Origin: an uncultured Bacteroidia bacterium | Lineage (GTDB): Bacteria > Bacteroidota > Bacteroidia > J057 > CALAJH01 | DNA length: 64,000 bases | Reading direction: 5' to 3' | Assembly: GCA_937922655.1 (NCBI GenBank) | Contig: CALAJH010000030.1 | Location: forward strand, 64,107 to 128,106 | In this document: in pieces, positions 10,124 through 18,519 of the stretch | Position numbering within the stretch: the stretch's first letter is position 1 | How the letters are laid out: every line of letters begins with the position of its first letter | The notes under the pieces: generated by a model | The model's input: the letters and a program-made list of their open reading frames with translations, nothing else | What the model was told of the DNA's origin: nothing | The model's database searches: none | Position numbers and translations under genes: made by a program

Positions 10124-10786
10124 TTATTTTTGTTTGGATTGGAGTCGTTGGGCTTCTTTGATGTCGATACGTACGCCGTCGTTGTAGGCGACGACCCAAG
10201 CGTCTTTGATGCCGAGTTTGCGGATGTCGTTGCGGAACGCTTCCGCCAAGGCGTAGGTTTTGAAGCGCCCCATCATGTATTTGTTGAGGTTGTCCGCCGA
10301 TTCGCCGGTGAAGCTTTCGTCGGTGTATTCGAGGTGGCGGTTCATGTTGAACTTTTGATAGGCGCCGACCTGCACGCGATAGTAAAGCCCTTTGACGGTC
10401 GTAACGTCGGACGAAGTGGTGGCGCCGCGCGTGGATTCGTAAGCCGTCGAAAGCCGGTTGAACTCGTTGAGCAACGAATCGTATTTGTATTTGTATTGAC
10501 GAATTTCGGCGGCGGCTTTTTGGGCGCAGTTGTCGAGTTCGGCTTGAAGTTCGCCGTTTTTCTTTTGGCACTCTTTGAGTCGTTTTTGCAACTCTTCGAG
10601 TTCTTTGGCGAAAGCCTCTTCCCGCGCCTTCAACGCCAGCGGGTTCTTGACGTAGGTTTTGGCTTTCTTTTTCCAACGCTTCTTTTCGGCTTTGACGGCC
10701 TTTTTGTCCTGTTGGGCGTGGGACGCGCTGGGGGTGAATATCGTCGCTCCCATCGCCAACGCCATTAAAATTATTAACTGTCTCAT
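10124..10786 (-). CDS. Secreted coiled-coil protein with a SPOR-like C-terminal domain
   Basis: Signal peptide MRQLIILMALAMGATIFTPSASHAQ, taking the ATG at 10786. There is a K/E-rich coiled segment. The C-terminal YYRVQVGAY...FKTYALAEAFRNDIRKLGIKDAWVVAYNDG resembles SPOR-type domains. Confidence 0.55.
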   Translation of the reverse strand: MRQLIILMALAMGATIFTPSASHAQQDKKAVKAEKKRWKKKAKTYVKNPLALKAREEAFAKELEELQKRLKECQKKNGELQAELDNCAQKAAAEIRQYKYKYDSLLNEFNRLSTAYESTRGATTSSDVTTVKGLYYRVQVGAYQKFNMNRHLEYTDESFTGESADNLNKYMMGRFKTYALAEAFRNDIRKLGIKDAWVVAYNDGVRIDIKEAQRLQSKQK

Positions 10787-11026
10787 ATCCAATTCAATTT
10801 ATTGCGGCCTTTGATATTGGCACAACAAAGTTAGGTAGGATAAGCACGCGGACTTGTGTATAAAGCCCGTTATTTTTTTACAATTGCCCCGTCATTGTCC
10901 ACAAACTTTGAATAATGGCCGTCCGCGACGGTGGGAAGAGCCGAAGACGAAAGAAAATCGCGGCGGAGATGGATTTTTACGGCTTCCACACGAGCGCCGG
11001 GCGTTGGGTGATTAAGGGAATGTGGG

Positions 11027-11034
11027 TAAATTTG
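11027..11034 (+). promoter_or_regulatory. Bacteroidota -7 box (TAnnTTTG)
   Basis: TAAATTTG lies 23 nt upstream of the ATG at 11057. Confidence 0.45.
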
Positions 11035-11056
11035 CGCACCTATAACGGCGGCGCCC

Positions 11057-12901
11057 ATGAGAAAATCCAACACAAAAATACGACAAATCGCGCTAAGTCT
11101 TGCGGCCGGCGCCATGTTTTTGGTCTCGTGTTTTAGCCTTGGGGCGCAAACCGATTCTACGAGCCAAAAATCGTTTTGGCAACAAAGCGCCGGCGGATGG
11201 GTCGGGCGTCTTTTAAGTGAAAACAAAGAGGCCTCCGCCGATGTTGCGGGCGCGAGGACGCTGTCGATAAAAAACAAGTTTTCCGCCCCGGCGGGTCAAA
11301 CGAACGACCAATCCCCTCCATACGGACGGCTTTCGGGGCTTTTTCACGCCGATGCGCAAAACTATTTCAAAGACCCGGCCATCGGCGCCCCCGACGTTCC
11401 CGAGCGCCTTCGACTCAACGCCTTCGCCAACCTCAACTACACCTATAAAAAATTTGCCGCCGGCGTGCGTTTGGAAGATTACCGCAACCCGCTTTTGGGT
11501 TTTCCCGCCCGTTACGTCGGTGGGGGCGTCGCCAATCGCTTCGTGGCTTACAATTCCGAACGGCTTTCGGTAACGCTTGGACATTTTTACGACCAATTTG
11601 GTTCGGGGCTGATTTTTCGCTCGTACTGGGAGCCGTTTTTGGGTTTCGACAGCGCCATCGACGGCCTGCACGTCAAAGGCGTGCCGGTGCGCGGCCTGAC
11701 GCTCAAAGGCGTTTTCGGTCGCCAACGCGACTATTTCCAAGCCGCCCCGGGCATGACCCGCGGCGCCGACCTCGAAATCGATTTGCCCGTCCTTTTCGAT
11801 TCCTTGTGGAAGTCCGGAACGGGGTTGAGTTTCGGTGGAAGTTTTGTTTCCCGTTATCAAAAAGACGACGACCCGATTTACATCCTTCCCGAAAACGTGG
11901 CGGCTTTTGCCGGGCGTGTACGCCTCAACGCCGGCGGTTTTTCTTTTTACGGCGAATACGCCTACAAAATCAACGACCCCAATGAAACCAATCGTTTCAT
12001 TTACCGTCCCGGCCGGGCGTTGTATTTGGCCGCATCGTGGGCGAAAAAAGGGCTGGGTTTGACGGCGGCCGTCAAGCGTTCGGACAACATGGACTTTCGT
12101 GCCGACCGTTCGGCCTTCGGCTTCGATATGCTTTCGGTGTTTTCGCCGCCGCTCGCCAGACAGCACACCTACCGTATGCCGTCGCTCTATCTTTACTTTA
12201 CCCGTCCCAACGGGGAAATGGCCGGCCAGTTCGACCTTAACTATCGCCTCAAAAAAGACACCAAACTCGGCGGTGCGTACGGCGCCTCTTTTTCTTTTAA
12301 TCTTTCGGCTATTTCCGACATCCAAAACCGTCCCGCGGAAATCCCTGAAATGGGATACGAATCCGACTTTTTTGCACTCGGAAACCGGTTGCTGTATTTC
12401 GACGTCAATGCCGCCTACCAGCGCAAATGGAACAAAAAATGGAAGTCCAACCTTGAACTACTCTTTATTCGTTACGACAAGGAGTGGCTCTCCGAACAGC
12501 GCGACCCCAAACTCGTCAATTTGACGGAAAAAGGCATTTTGCTTGGTTGTGCGGTGGCCGACGTTACGTGGCAAATCCAAAAAAAGACGGCTTTGCGCAT
12601 CGAGGCCGAATATATGTATTTGGACAAAAATCAGGACTTTGGTTCTTGGATAATGCTTTTGGCCGAATTGACGGTTTCTCCCCACTGGTTTTTTACCCTG
12701 ACCGACGAATGGAACTACGGCAATGCCGAGTCTTCGCGTCGTTTGCATTATTTCGGCGGAACCGTCGGCTACACAAAAGGGGGGATTCGGGTAACGGCGG
12801 GTTACGGTCGTCAACGGGCGGGCATGCTGTGCATTGGCGGCGTATGCCGTCCGATTCCCGCCGCCAACGGCTTTAACGCCGGTCTTTCCGTTGCATTTTA
12901 G
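11057..12901 (+). CDS. Putative outer-membrane beta-barrel protein (DUF6029-like)
   Basis: Signal peptide is present. The composition is alternating and rich in aromatic and glycine residues. The C-terminus ...GFNAGLSVAF ends in Phe as in OMP signatures. The family name is a recollection only. Confidence 0.55.
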   Translation: MRKSNTKIRQIALSLAAGAMFLVSCFSLGAQTDSTSQKSFWQQSAGGWVGRLLSENKEASADVAGARTLSIKNKFSAPAGQTNDQSPPYGRLSGLFHADAQNYFKDPAIGAPDVPERLRLNAFANLNYTYKKFAAGVRLEDYRNPLLGFPARYVGGGVANRFVAYNSERLSVTLGHFYDQFGSGLIFRSYWEPFLGFDSAIDGLHVKGVPVRGLTLKGVFGRQRDYFQAAPGMTRGADLEIDLPVLFDSLWKSGTGLSFGGSFVSRYQKDDDPIYILPENVAAFAGRVRLNAGGFSFYGEYAYKINDPNETNRFIYRPGRALYLAASWAKKGLGLTAAVKRSDNMDFRADRSAFGFDMLSVFSPPLARQHTYRMPSLYLYFTRPNGEMAGQFDLNYRLKKDTKLGGAYGASFSFNLSAISDIQNRPAEIPEMGYESDFFALGNRLLYFDVNAAYQRKWNKKWKSNLELLFIRYDKEWLSEQRDPKLVNLTEKGILLGCAVADVTWQIQKKTALRIEAEYMYLDKNQDFGSWIMLLAELTVSPHWFFTLTDEWNYGNAESSRRLHYFGGTVGYTKGGIRVTAGYGRQRAGMLCIGGVCRPIPAANGFNAGLSVAF

Positions 12902-14679
12902 GCGGCGGGCTGTTTGAGTTTTTCCAAAATTTTTTCCATGCCGTCGTAGTCGTAGTTGTCGGCTTTTTGGCGAACGAGTTGCGAAAAACCGGCAAGTTCG
13001 GGTCGTTGCAAAGCGTCGATGAGCTCGGGAAGTTCGTCGAGTCGGCCGTCGAGGAGGTAGTTTTCAAATTCGGCGAGAAATTCCGGGGTAAGTGCGTTCG
13101 CAACGTCCTCGATGCGGAACCGTGTTGCCGGCGCTTCGGCAAAATCCTCTTCTCGGTCGTTTTCAAGGTATTCGTAGTCGTATTCCAAGCCGAGGTGTAA
13201 ACCGATTTCTTCCAATAAATTTAGCGCCTTGTAGGGTTTGGCCATATATCCGTCGCAACCTTGGCTCAAAAACTGTTGCCGGTTTTGGTCGAAGGCGCTG
13301 GCGGTGACGGCCAAAATTTTGACGTTTTTTCCCGCTTCGGTGGAACGGATGATTTTTGTGGCTTCGACGCCGTTCATTCCCGGCATACGAATATCCATGA
13401 GTACCGCGTCGGGCAACCAAGAAACGGTTTTATGAATGGCGCCCGAGCCCGAGTCCGCCTCTTCGATGACAAAGCCAAGAGGCGCGAGGATTTGCCGGGC
13501 GACGTCGCGGTTGACGGGGTTGTCGTCGACGATGAGTATTTTGGGTTTTTTGCCGTTTTTTATGCCCGAAATTTTCCGTGGAGGCCCCGCGTCTTTATCT
13601 GCGTCGATGGCTTCGACCTCTTCCAGCGGCAACGTTATCGTGAAAACGCTTCCCCTTCCCGGTTCGCTTTCGACCTCGATTTTTCCGCCCATCATTTCGA
13701 CAAAACTTTTGGTGATGGAAAGCCCCAAACCCGTTCCCCCTTCGGTATTGAGTTGGGTGTGGATTTGGGAAAAGGGTTCAAGAATGACGGCGATTTTGTC
13801 TTTGGGAATGCCGCGCCCCGTATCCCGAACGGAAAACCGTGTTTGTCCGTCGTCGTCACGGGAAACGCTAACGCTTACCGTTCCTTTTTCGGTAAACTTA
13901 ACGGCGTTGCCCACGATATTGATGAGGCATTGGCGGATTTTGGCTTCGTCGGCAAAGACGTAACGCGGCACGGCGGCGTTGGCCTCGAAATCAAGCTTGA
14001 TTTCTTTGCTTTCGGCCCGAAGCCTGAACATATCGTAGATTTGTTGTAAAAGGTCGAGCAGGTCGAAGCCCGTGGGCGAAAGCTCCATTTTTCCCGCTTC
14101 GATTTTACTCAAATCCAAGACGGTGTTGATGAGTCCGAGGAGGTGTTCGCCCGATTTGTTGATGATTCTAAGTTTTTCTCGGGTGGAGGCGTCGATATTT
14201 TTGGAGTCCGAAAGAATTTGGGCGTAGCCGAGGATGGCGTTGAGCGGGGTTCGCAATTCGTGGCTCATATTGGCCAAAAATTCGGATTTGACCTTGTTGG
14301 CGCGTTCGGCCGCATCCTTGGCGTGGAGGAGTTCGCGCGTGCGTATTTCGACCTTGTTTTCGAGTTCGCGTTCGGACTCTTTGAGTTTTTCGTTGGCTTC
14401 TTTCAATTTTTTTTGGGTGCGCTCCATTTCCTCGTTGATGGTCATGAGCTCTTCAACGGTTTGTCGAAGCTCCTCTTCTTGCGCTTGGAGCCTTCCCAAC
14501 GCTTCTTCGAGTTCTTCGGTGGCCAAGGTCATCGAACGTTCCAAGCGTGCCTGCTCTTCCTCGTGGTGGTTGTACGAATCGTTCACCGCCTCCACAAACG
14601 CCTTTAATTCGTCGGGAATTTGGGAGGGGTCGTTGATTTTAAGATTTTTTTTGAGTTGGCGTAAAAGCAGTTTGTTCAT
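12898..14679 (-). CDS. Cytoplasmic hybrid sensor histidine kinase / response regulator
   Basis: N-terminal coiled coil, HisKA H-box SHELRTPLNAILGYAQIL, and HATPase motifs RDTGRGIP and GGTGLGLSITK. The REC domain shows KILIVDDNPVNR...LMDIRMPGMNG...ILAVTASAF. The stop overlaps the convergent OMP gene. Confidence 0.9.
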   Translation of the reverse strand: MNKLLLRQLKKNLKINDPSQIPDELKAFVEAVNDSYNHHEEEQARLERSMTLATEELEEALGRLQAQEEELRQTVEELMTINEEMERTQKKLKEANEKLKESERELENKVEIRTRELLHAKDAAERANKVKSEFLANMSHELRTPLNAILGYAQILSDSKNIDASTREKLRIINKSGEHLLGLINTVLDLSKIEAGKMELSPTGFDLLDLLQQIYDMFRLRAESKEIKLDFEANAAVPRYVFADEAKIRQCLINIVGNAVKFTEKGTVSVSVSRDDDGQTRFSVRDTGRGIPKDKIAVILEPFSQIHTQLNTEGGTGLGLSITKSFVEMMGGKIEVESEPGRGSVFTITLPLEEVEAIDADKDAGPPRKISGIKNGKKPKILIVDDNPVNRDVARQILAPLGFVIEEADSGSGAIHKTVSWLPDAVLMDIRMPGMNGVEATKIIRSTEAGKNVKILAVTASAFDQNRQQFLSQGCDGYMAKPYKALNLLEEIGLHLGLEYDYEYLENDREEDFAEAPATRFRIEDVANALTPEFLAEFENYLLDGRLDELPELIDALQRPELAGFSQLVRQKADNYDYDGMEKILEKLKQPAA

Positions 14680-14798
14680 TACCCAATTTTAGACTCGCGA
14701 ACGCAAAATTGGAAATTTATTTTGAATTAACATATTTTGGCGATATTTTGCCTAAAATCGTACGGCCTCCGTCCGAGGCGTAAATGCGCGGCGCCGAG

Positions 14799-17594
14799 TT
14801 ACTCTTCGGCCAGCATTCGGGCTTTGTTGGCTTTGTAGTATTCGAGATAATGATGCATTCTTTTTTGGCTGAAGGCGGTGCGGAAATTGGATGCGGCCAT
14901 AAACATTGCCTCGTCTTCGTATTTGTTGAACAGACCTTTGAGGCCCTCCCAGTTTTGGGCGGTTTTGAGGTATTCGTCGGCGGCTTTGGAATTGGGAAAT
15001 TGGTTGATGTAGGCCAAATGGTAATTGCCTTTTTGGGGGTCGTAGTACATGAAGGCGCTGGCTCGGATGGTTTGTCCCGCAAACAAGGCTTGGTGCATGT
15101 CGGCAAGCGTTGTTTCCAAATCTTTTTGCTTTATCATGTTTTCGGGAACGAGCATGACCACGACGATGGGTTCGTTGGCTTTACGCGGCCCGAAACCGTT
15201 AAAATTGGGGTTGGAGCCGGTTTTGGATTCGATTTTGGTTTCTTTGAGGTTGGAGGGGTCGGTGGTTTTGGGGGCGCCGCCGCCGTCGATGTAAGCCAAA
15301 GTTTTTTGGGCGAGTTTGGTAACCTCGTCGTCGGGGTAGAACTGCACCAAATATTTAAATATCGAACGCAGGCTGTCCATTTGTTGGGTGAAGCCGAAGC
15401 TCATGCCCCTCAAATAATACGCCTTGGCGACGTCGGGATGGCCGGCGTGCTTTTCCAAAACGTAGTTGGAGAATTGTATCGCGGTGTTGTAATCTTTTTT
15501 GTCGTAAAGGTCGTAAAGGGTGTGGTATACCTCCTCGAAACTGTCGCCCGTGGCTTCGTTCGTTGCTTCTTTTCTTATCAGCCGGGCGTACAAGGTATTC
15601 GGGTATTGGGTTAAAATGATGTCCTTGTATTTTTTTGCGTCGCGGTGTTTGACGTCCTCGCATACCAAATAGGCGCCGTAATACGCTTCGGGAACGATGG
15701 CGTGGCCCGGGAACCTTTGGGTGATTTTTATGTAGGTTTCTATACTTTTGTCGGGTTGGTTGAGGCGTTGGCTGTAAAGACGCGCCAATTCGTACATGGC
15801 GTTGCGCAATTTGTCTTCGGAAAGCTTGACGTCTTCCGGGGTTCGCGGTACGTTTTTAAAGTAGCGTTCCTTCTTTTTTTCGAGGGCTTTTTTGAGTTCT
15901 TCGCCTTCGAGTTCGTCGAGGTTTTCTTCCGCCAATTCTCCCGCCGCTTTGGCTTTGGATTGTTTGTTTTTCCGTCGCCAATCGTCTTCGTTGGGTCTTC
16001 GGCCCCAGTTTTGTTGGAAGATGGCTTTTCCTCGTTCAACCTGCGAAGGGTCGTCGAAATAGAACGCCGACGACGACGTGAGCGCTTGGTTGCGTTGGTC
16101 CATTTGCCGGTCGCGCATCATGCCCGAAAGCGCCTGTTGTTGGGCCTGTTCTTCTTTTTTCTTTTTTTCCAGACGTTCTTTTTCTTCCTTTTCGACGATT
16201 TTGTCGATTTCGGCGCGCAAGGCCTCGTCGGACAGCTTGCTCAATTTCAATAGGCTGTCTTGTCGTTTTATCGTTTTTCGATGCTCGTCGAATTGTTTGA
16301 GTACGTCGCTCATCGAAACGATGGCCTCGTATTCGGGCATGGATTTGAGGGCGATGGCGGCCGAACTGTCGTAATAAGCCAACGCCGAATCGAGGTTTTG
16401 CTTGTTGTAAAAATAGATGTGGCCCGCCTTGTAGTACGACAACGCTTTTTGCGAAACGTTGTTCGTGGAAACGGCGGCGGATTTTCGATAGTAACCTAGG
16501 GCTCTGTCCGTTTGTTTGTTTTTTTGTTCGATGAGCGCCAAGCGGTAATAAATTTGGTCGAAATAGTCTTCGAACTTTGCGTCTTTAAGCAGTTTGTAAA
16601 GCGGTTTGAGCACCGTTTCCAAGTCCGTTCCTTCGGGCGAATGGTCGATGAAAAGCTGGGCCAAATTGAGTTTGGCGCGAAAGGTGAGGTCGTTGTTGGT
16701 GTTGAGGTTGATGACGCGGTGGTAATGGACGACGGCGGTGTCGGCAAGGGCGCGGACTTTGTCGAGGTTGGCGATGTGTTCGTAGATTTGGCCCATGAGA
16801 AACTCCCATCGCGTCAGTCGTTTTTTTTGGCGTTTGACGAGTTTTTTGTTTTCCGACAATACTTTCAACGCCCCGCGATAATCCTCGTCTTGCAAGGCGA
16901 GGGTGCAGTAGAGTTCGGCGACGTCGGCCTTCATGCGTTTGGGCAAACGCGGCGGTTTGACTTTTTTGACCTTGGTTTTGCCTTTTGCTTTTTTGCCCTT
17001 TTTCTTTTTTGGGACGGGGGTTTTTTCCACCGAAACTTTTTGTTTGCTTTTGGCGCGGGCGGCGGCGTCTTCTTTCAACACCTCTTCGAGCAGGCGTTTG
17101 GCGCGATACGGGTTGTCTTGGGCGTAGGCGCACTTGGCCTGCCACAACTTGATTTGCAAGGCCAGCGGCGTATCGGGATATTTGACGGTAACGTAATTGA
17201 AATTGACGACCGCGTCGAAGTATTCCCCGCGCTGGAAGGCGCATCGGCCTTTGAGGTAATAGCAATCGTCCACGTAACTGCCTTTTTTGTGGCGAAAAAT
17301 GATAACGTCGCATTTTTCGACCGCGCGGTCGAATTGCGAGGCTTTGACGATTTGGTCTTTGGTGGGAATAAGGGGCAAAAAGCCCGACGGCGGGATTTTT
17401 ACGTTCTTTTCGGCGTTGGCCATGCCTTCTTTGTACAACTTTTCGGCATGATAATAACCGTTGAACAAAGACACCATCGAATGATAGCCTTTGCCCCCTT
17501 TTTTGCCGCCTTTGGCTTTTTGGCCGGGTTTACAGGCCGTTGCGGACAAGATTATCAGCAAAACAATCCCCCACCCGTACAATATTCGAGTCAT
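14799..17594 (-). CDS. TPR-repeat lipoprotein, PorW/SprE-like (candidate T9SS/gliding component)
   Basis: Lipobox ILSATAC. YHSMVSLFNGYYHAEKLYKEG follows shortly after it, as I recall for SprE-type proteins. Many TPR-like repeats and internal K/E-rich low-complexity tracts are present. The family assignment is tentative. Confidence 0.5.
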   Translation of the reverse strand: MTRILYGWGIVLLIILSATACKPGQKAKGGKKGGKGYHSMVSLFNGYYHAEKLYKEGMANAEKNVKIPPSGFLPLIPTKDQIVKASQFDRAVEKCDVIIFRHKKGSYVDDCYYLKGRCAFQRGEYFDAVVNFNYVTVKYPDTPLALQIKLWQAKCAYAQDNPYRAKRLLEEVLKEDAAARAKSKQKVSVEKTPVPKKKKGKKAKGKTKVKKVKPPRLPKRMKADVAELYCTLALQDEDYRGALKVLSENKKLVKRQKKRLTRWEFLMGQIYEHIANLDKVRALADTAVVHYHRVINLNTNNDLTFRAKLNLAQLFIDHSPEGTDLETVLKPLYKLLKDAKFEDYFDQIYYRLALIEQKNKQTDRALGYYRKSAAVSTNNVSQKALSYYKAGHIYFYNKQNLDSALAYYDSSAAIALKSMPEYEAIVSMSDVLKQFDEHRKTIKRQDSLLKLSKLSDEALRAEIDKIVEKEEKERLEKKKKEEQAQQQALSGMMRDRQMDQRNQALTSSSAFYFDDPSQVERGKAIFQQNWGRRPNEDDWRRKNKQSKAKAAGELAEENLDELEGEELKKALEKKKERYFKNVPRTPEDVKLSEDKLRNAMYELARLYSQRLNQPDKSIETYIKITQRFPGHAIVPEAYYGAYLVCEDVKHRDAKKYKDIILTQYPNTLYARLIRKEATNEATGDSFEEVYHTLYDLYDKKDYNTAIQFSNYVLEKHAGHPDVAKAYYLRGMSFGFTQQMDSLRSIFKYLVQFYPDDEVTKLAQKTLAYIDGGGAPKTTDPSNLKETKIESKTGSNPNFNGFGPRKANEPIVVVMLVPENMIKQKDLETTLADMHQALFAGQTIRASAFMYYDPQKGNYHLAYINQFPNSKAADEYLKTAQNWEGLKGLFNKYEDEAMFMAASNFRTAFSQKRMHHYLEYYKANKARMLAEE

Positions 17595-17767
17595 CGAAAC
17601 CCAACCGATTTAAGTAGCTTGCAGATTCATGTGTATTGCAAACCGCCGTTTACCGTTTTAGGTTCGCCGCTTAATCTTAGTGTTGTATGCAATTGCTCCG
17701 CCGTTGAAGAGTGGATAAAATTGGCCGCCCGCCGAGTGGTTGCCATTTTCGACTCCGTTCTCGAAGA

Positions 17768-18040
17768 TTAGACTACCGCTTGAATGATGGTGATGTTGCC
17801 GTCTTGGTCTTCCGCCTCGATAAACATATTGAGTCGGCCTTCGTCCCAAAGCATATAGTCGCGAAACTTGGCGCTTTTGGGGTTGGGGAACGCTTGTTGG
17901 GCGAAAATCATTGCGATTTCGTCGGAAATGACCGCTCGAAACAGCTCTTCGTACATTTTCTGCTCTTCGGGGTCGTATATACGGCGAATGTTGTCGTCGT
18001 CGTTTTTTGGCGGTTTTCCGCCTTTTCCAAAGGGAAACAT
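17768..18040 (-). CDS. Small conserved hypothetical protein, paralogue 1 of a tandem pair
   Basis: 90-aa ORF with an ATG start. It aligns over about 70 aa with the ORF at 18265..18519 (shared DPEEQK, SAKFRDY.LWDEG, F.EA.D..GN.TI.Q). Confidence 0.65.
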   Translation of the reverse strand: MFPFGKGGKPPKNDDDNIRRIYDPEEQKMYEELFRAVISDEIAMIFAQQAFPNPKSAKFRDYMLWDEGRLNMFIEAEDQDGNITIIQAVV

Positions 18041-18264
18041 ATGGAATGAATTTAAAAATGTGATTTATGCAACAATCGTGCTAAACAACCGATGGCGTCG
18101 TGGGTCGTCCTTGCGCGCAATCGAATTCGCCGGTTGAATCAATGAAATTTTCATGGGCAAACCCGTTTTTTTGTTTACGGTTGTTTGATGCAATGAATAA
18201 TAAACTTTTCGCTTGTTTCGCACGGATGGGCAAGGGCGGCGACGGGCAAATTTCCAATCCTTCG

Positions 18265-18519
18265 TCAAACCCTTATTTGTACGATGGTCATGTTTCCGTT
18301 TTCATCGACGGCTTCGAGAAAAAAGCTCAGTACGCCTTCGTCCCATAGCGTGTAATCGCGAAATTTGGCGCTGACGCTGCCCGGAATCATGTTTTTGGCG
18401 ATATTCATGGCCGTTTTGTCGTTCATCATTTTTCTGAACAACGCCTCGACCTTTTTTTGTTCTTCGGGGTCGTGGATGCGCATGACTTTGTCGTCATCGC
18501 CGGGTTTCGAGGGAATCAT
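18265..18519 (-). CDS. Small conserved hypothetical protein, paralogue 2, translationally coupled to recQ
   Basis: 84-aa ORF. Its ATG overlaps the recQ TGA in an ATGA junction at 18516-18519. It is a paralogue of 17768..18040. Confidence 0.7.
   Translation of the reverse strand: MIPSKPGDDDKVMRIHDPEEQKKVEALFRKMMNDKTAMNIAKNMIPGSVSAKFRDYTLWDEGVLSFFLEAVDENGNMTIVQIRV

Noticed and set aside
10870-11277. A 135-aa minus-strand ORF spanning the intergenic region and the 5' end of the OMP gene.
   Set aside because: It overlaps the signal-peptide region and the -7 box of the well-supported plus-strand gene. It has no start context or motif.
12898-12901. A 4-nt convergent overlap between the OMP gene and the hybrid kinase gene, considered as a possible mis-annotation or frameshift.
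   Set aside because: Both frames end in clean stops (TAG on plus, TAA on minus) with intact C-terminal motifs. This is ordinary convergent stop overlap.
15645-17771. Plus-strand ORFs of 202 and 419 aa opposite the PorW/SprE-like gene.
   Set aside because: These are shadow ORFs with F/V/G-rich nonsense composition. The minus-strand frame has the lipobox and TPR signal.
18065-18268. A 67-aa ORF in the 224-bp spacer between the two small paralogues.
   Set aside because: It has no similarity to the paralogues, is basic and low-complexity, and abuts the stop of the upstream paralogue. The spacer is more likely regulatory or terminator sequence.
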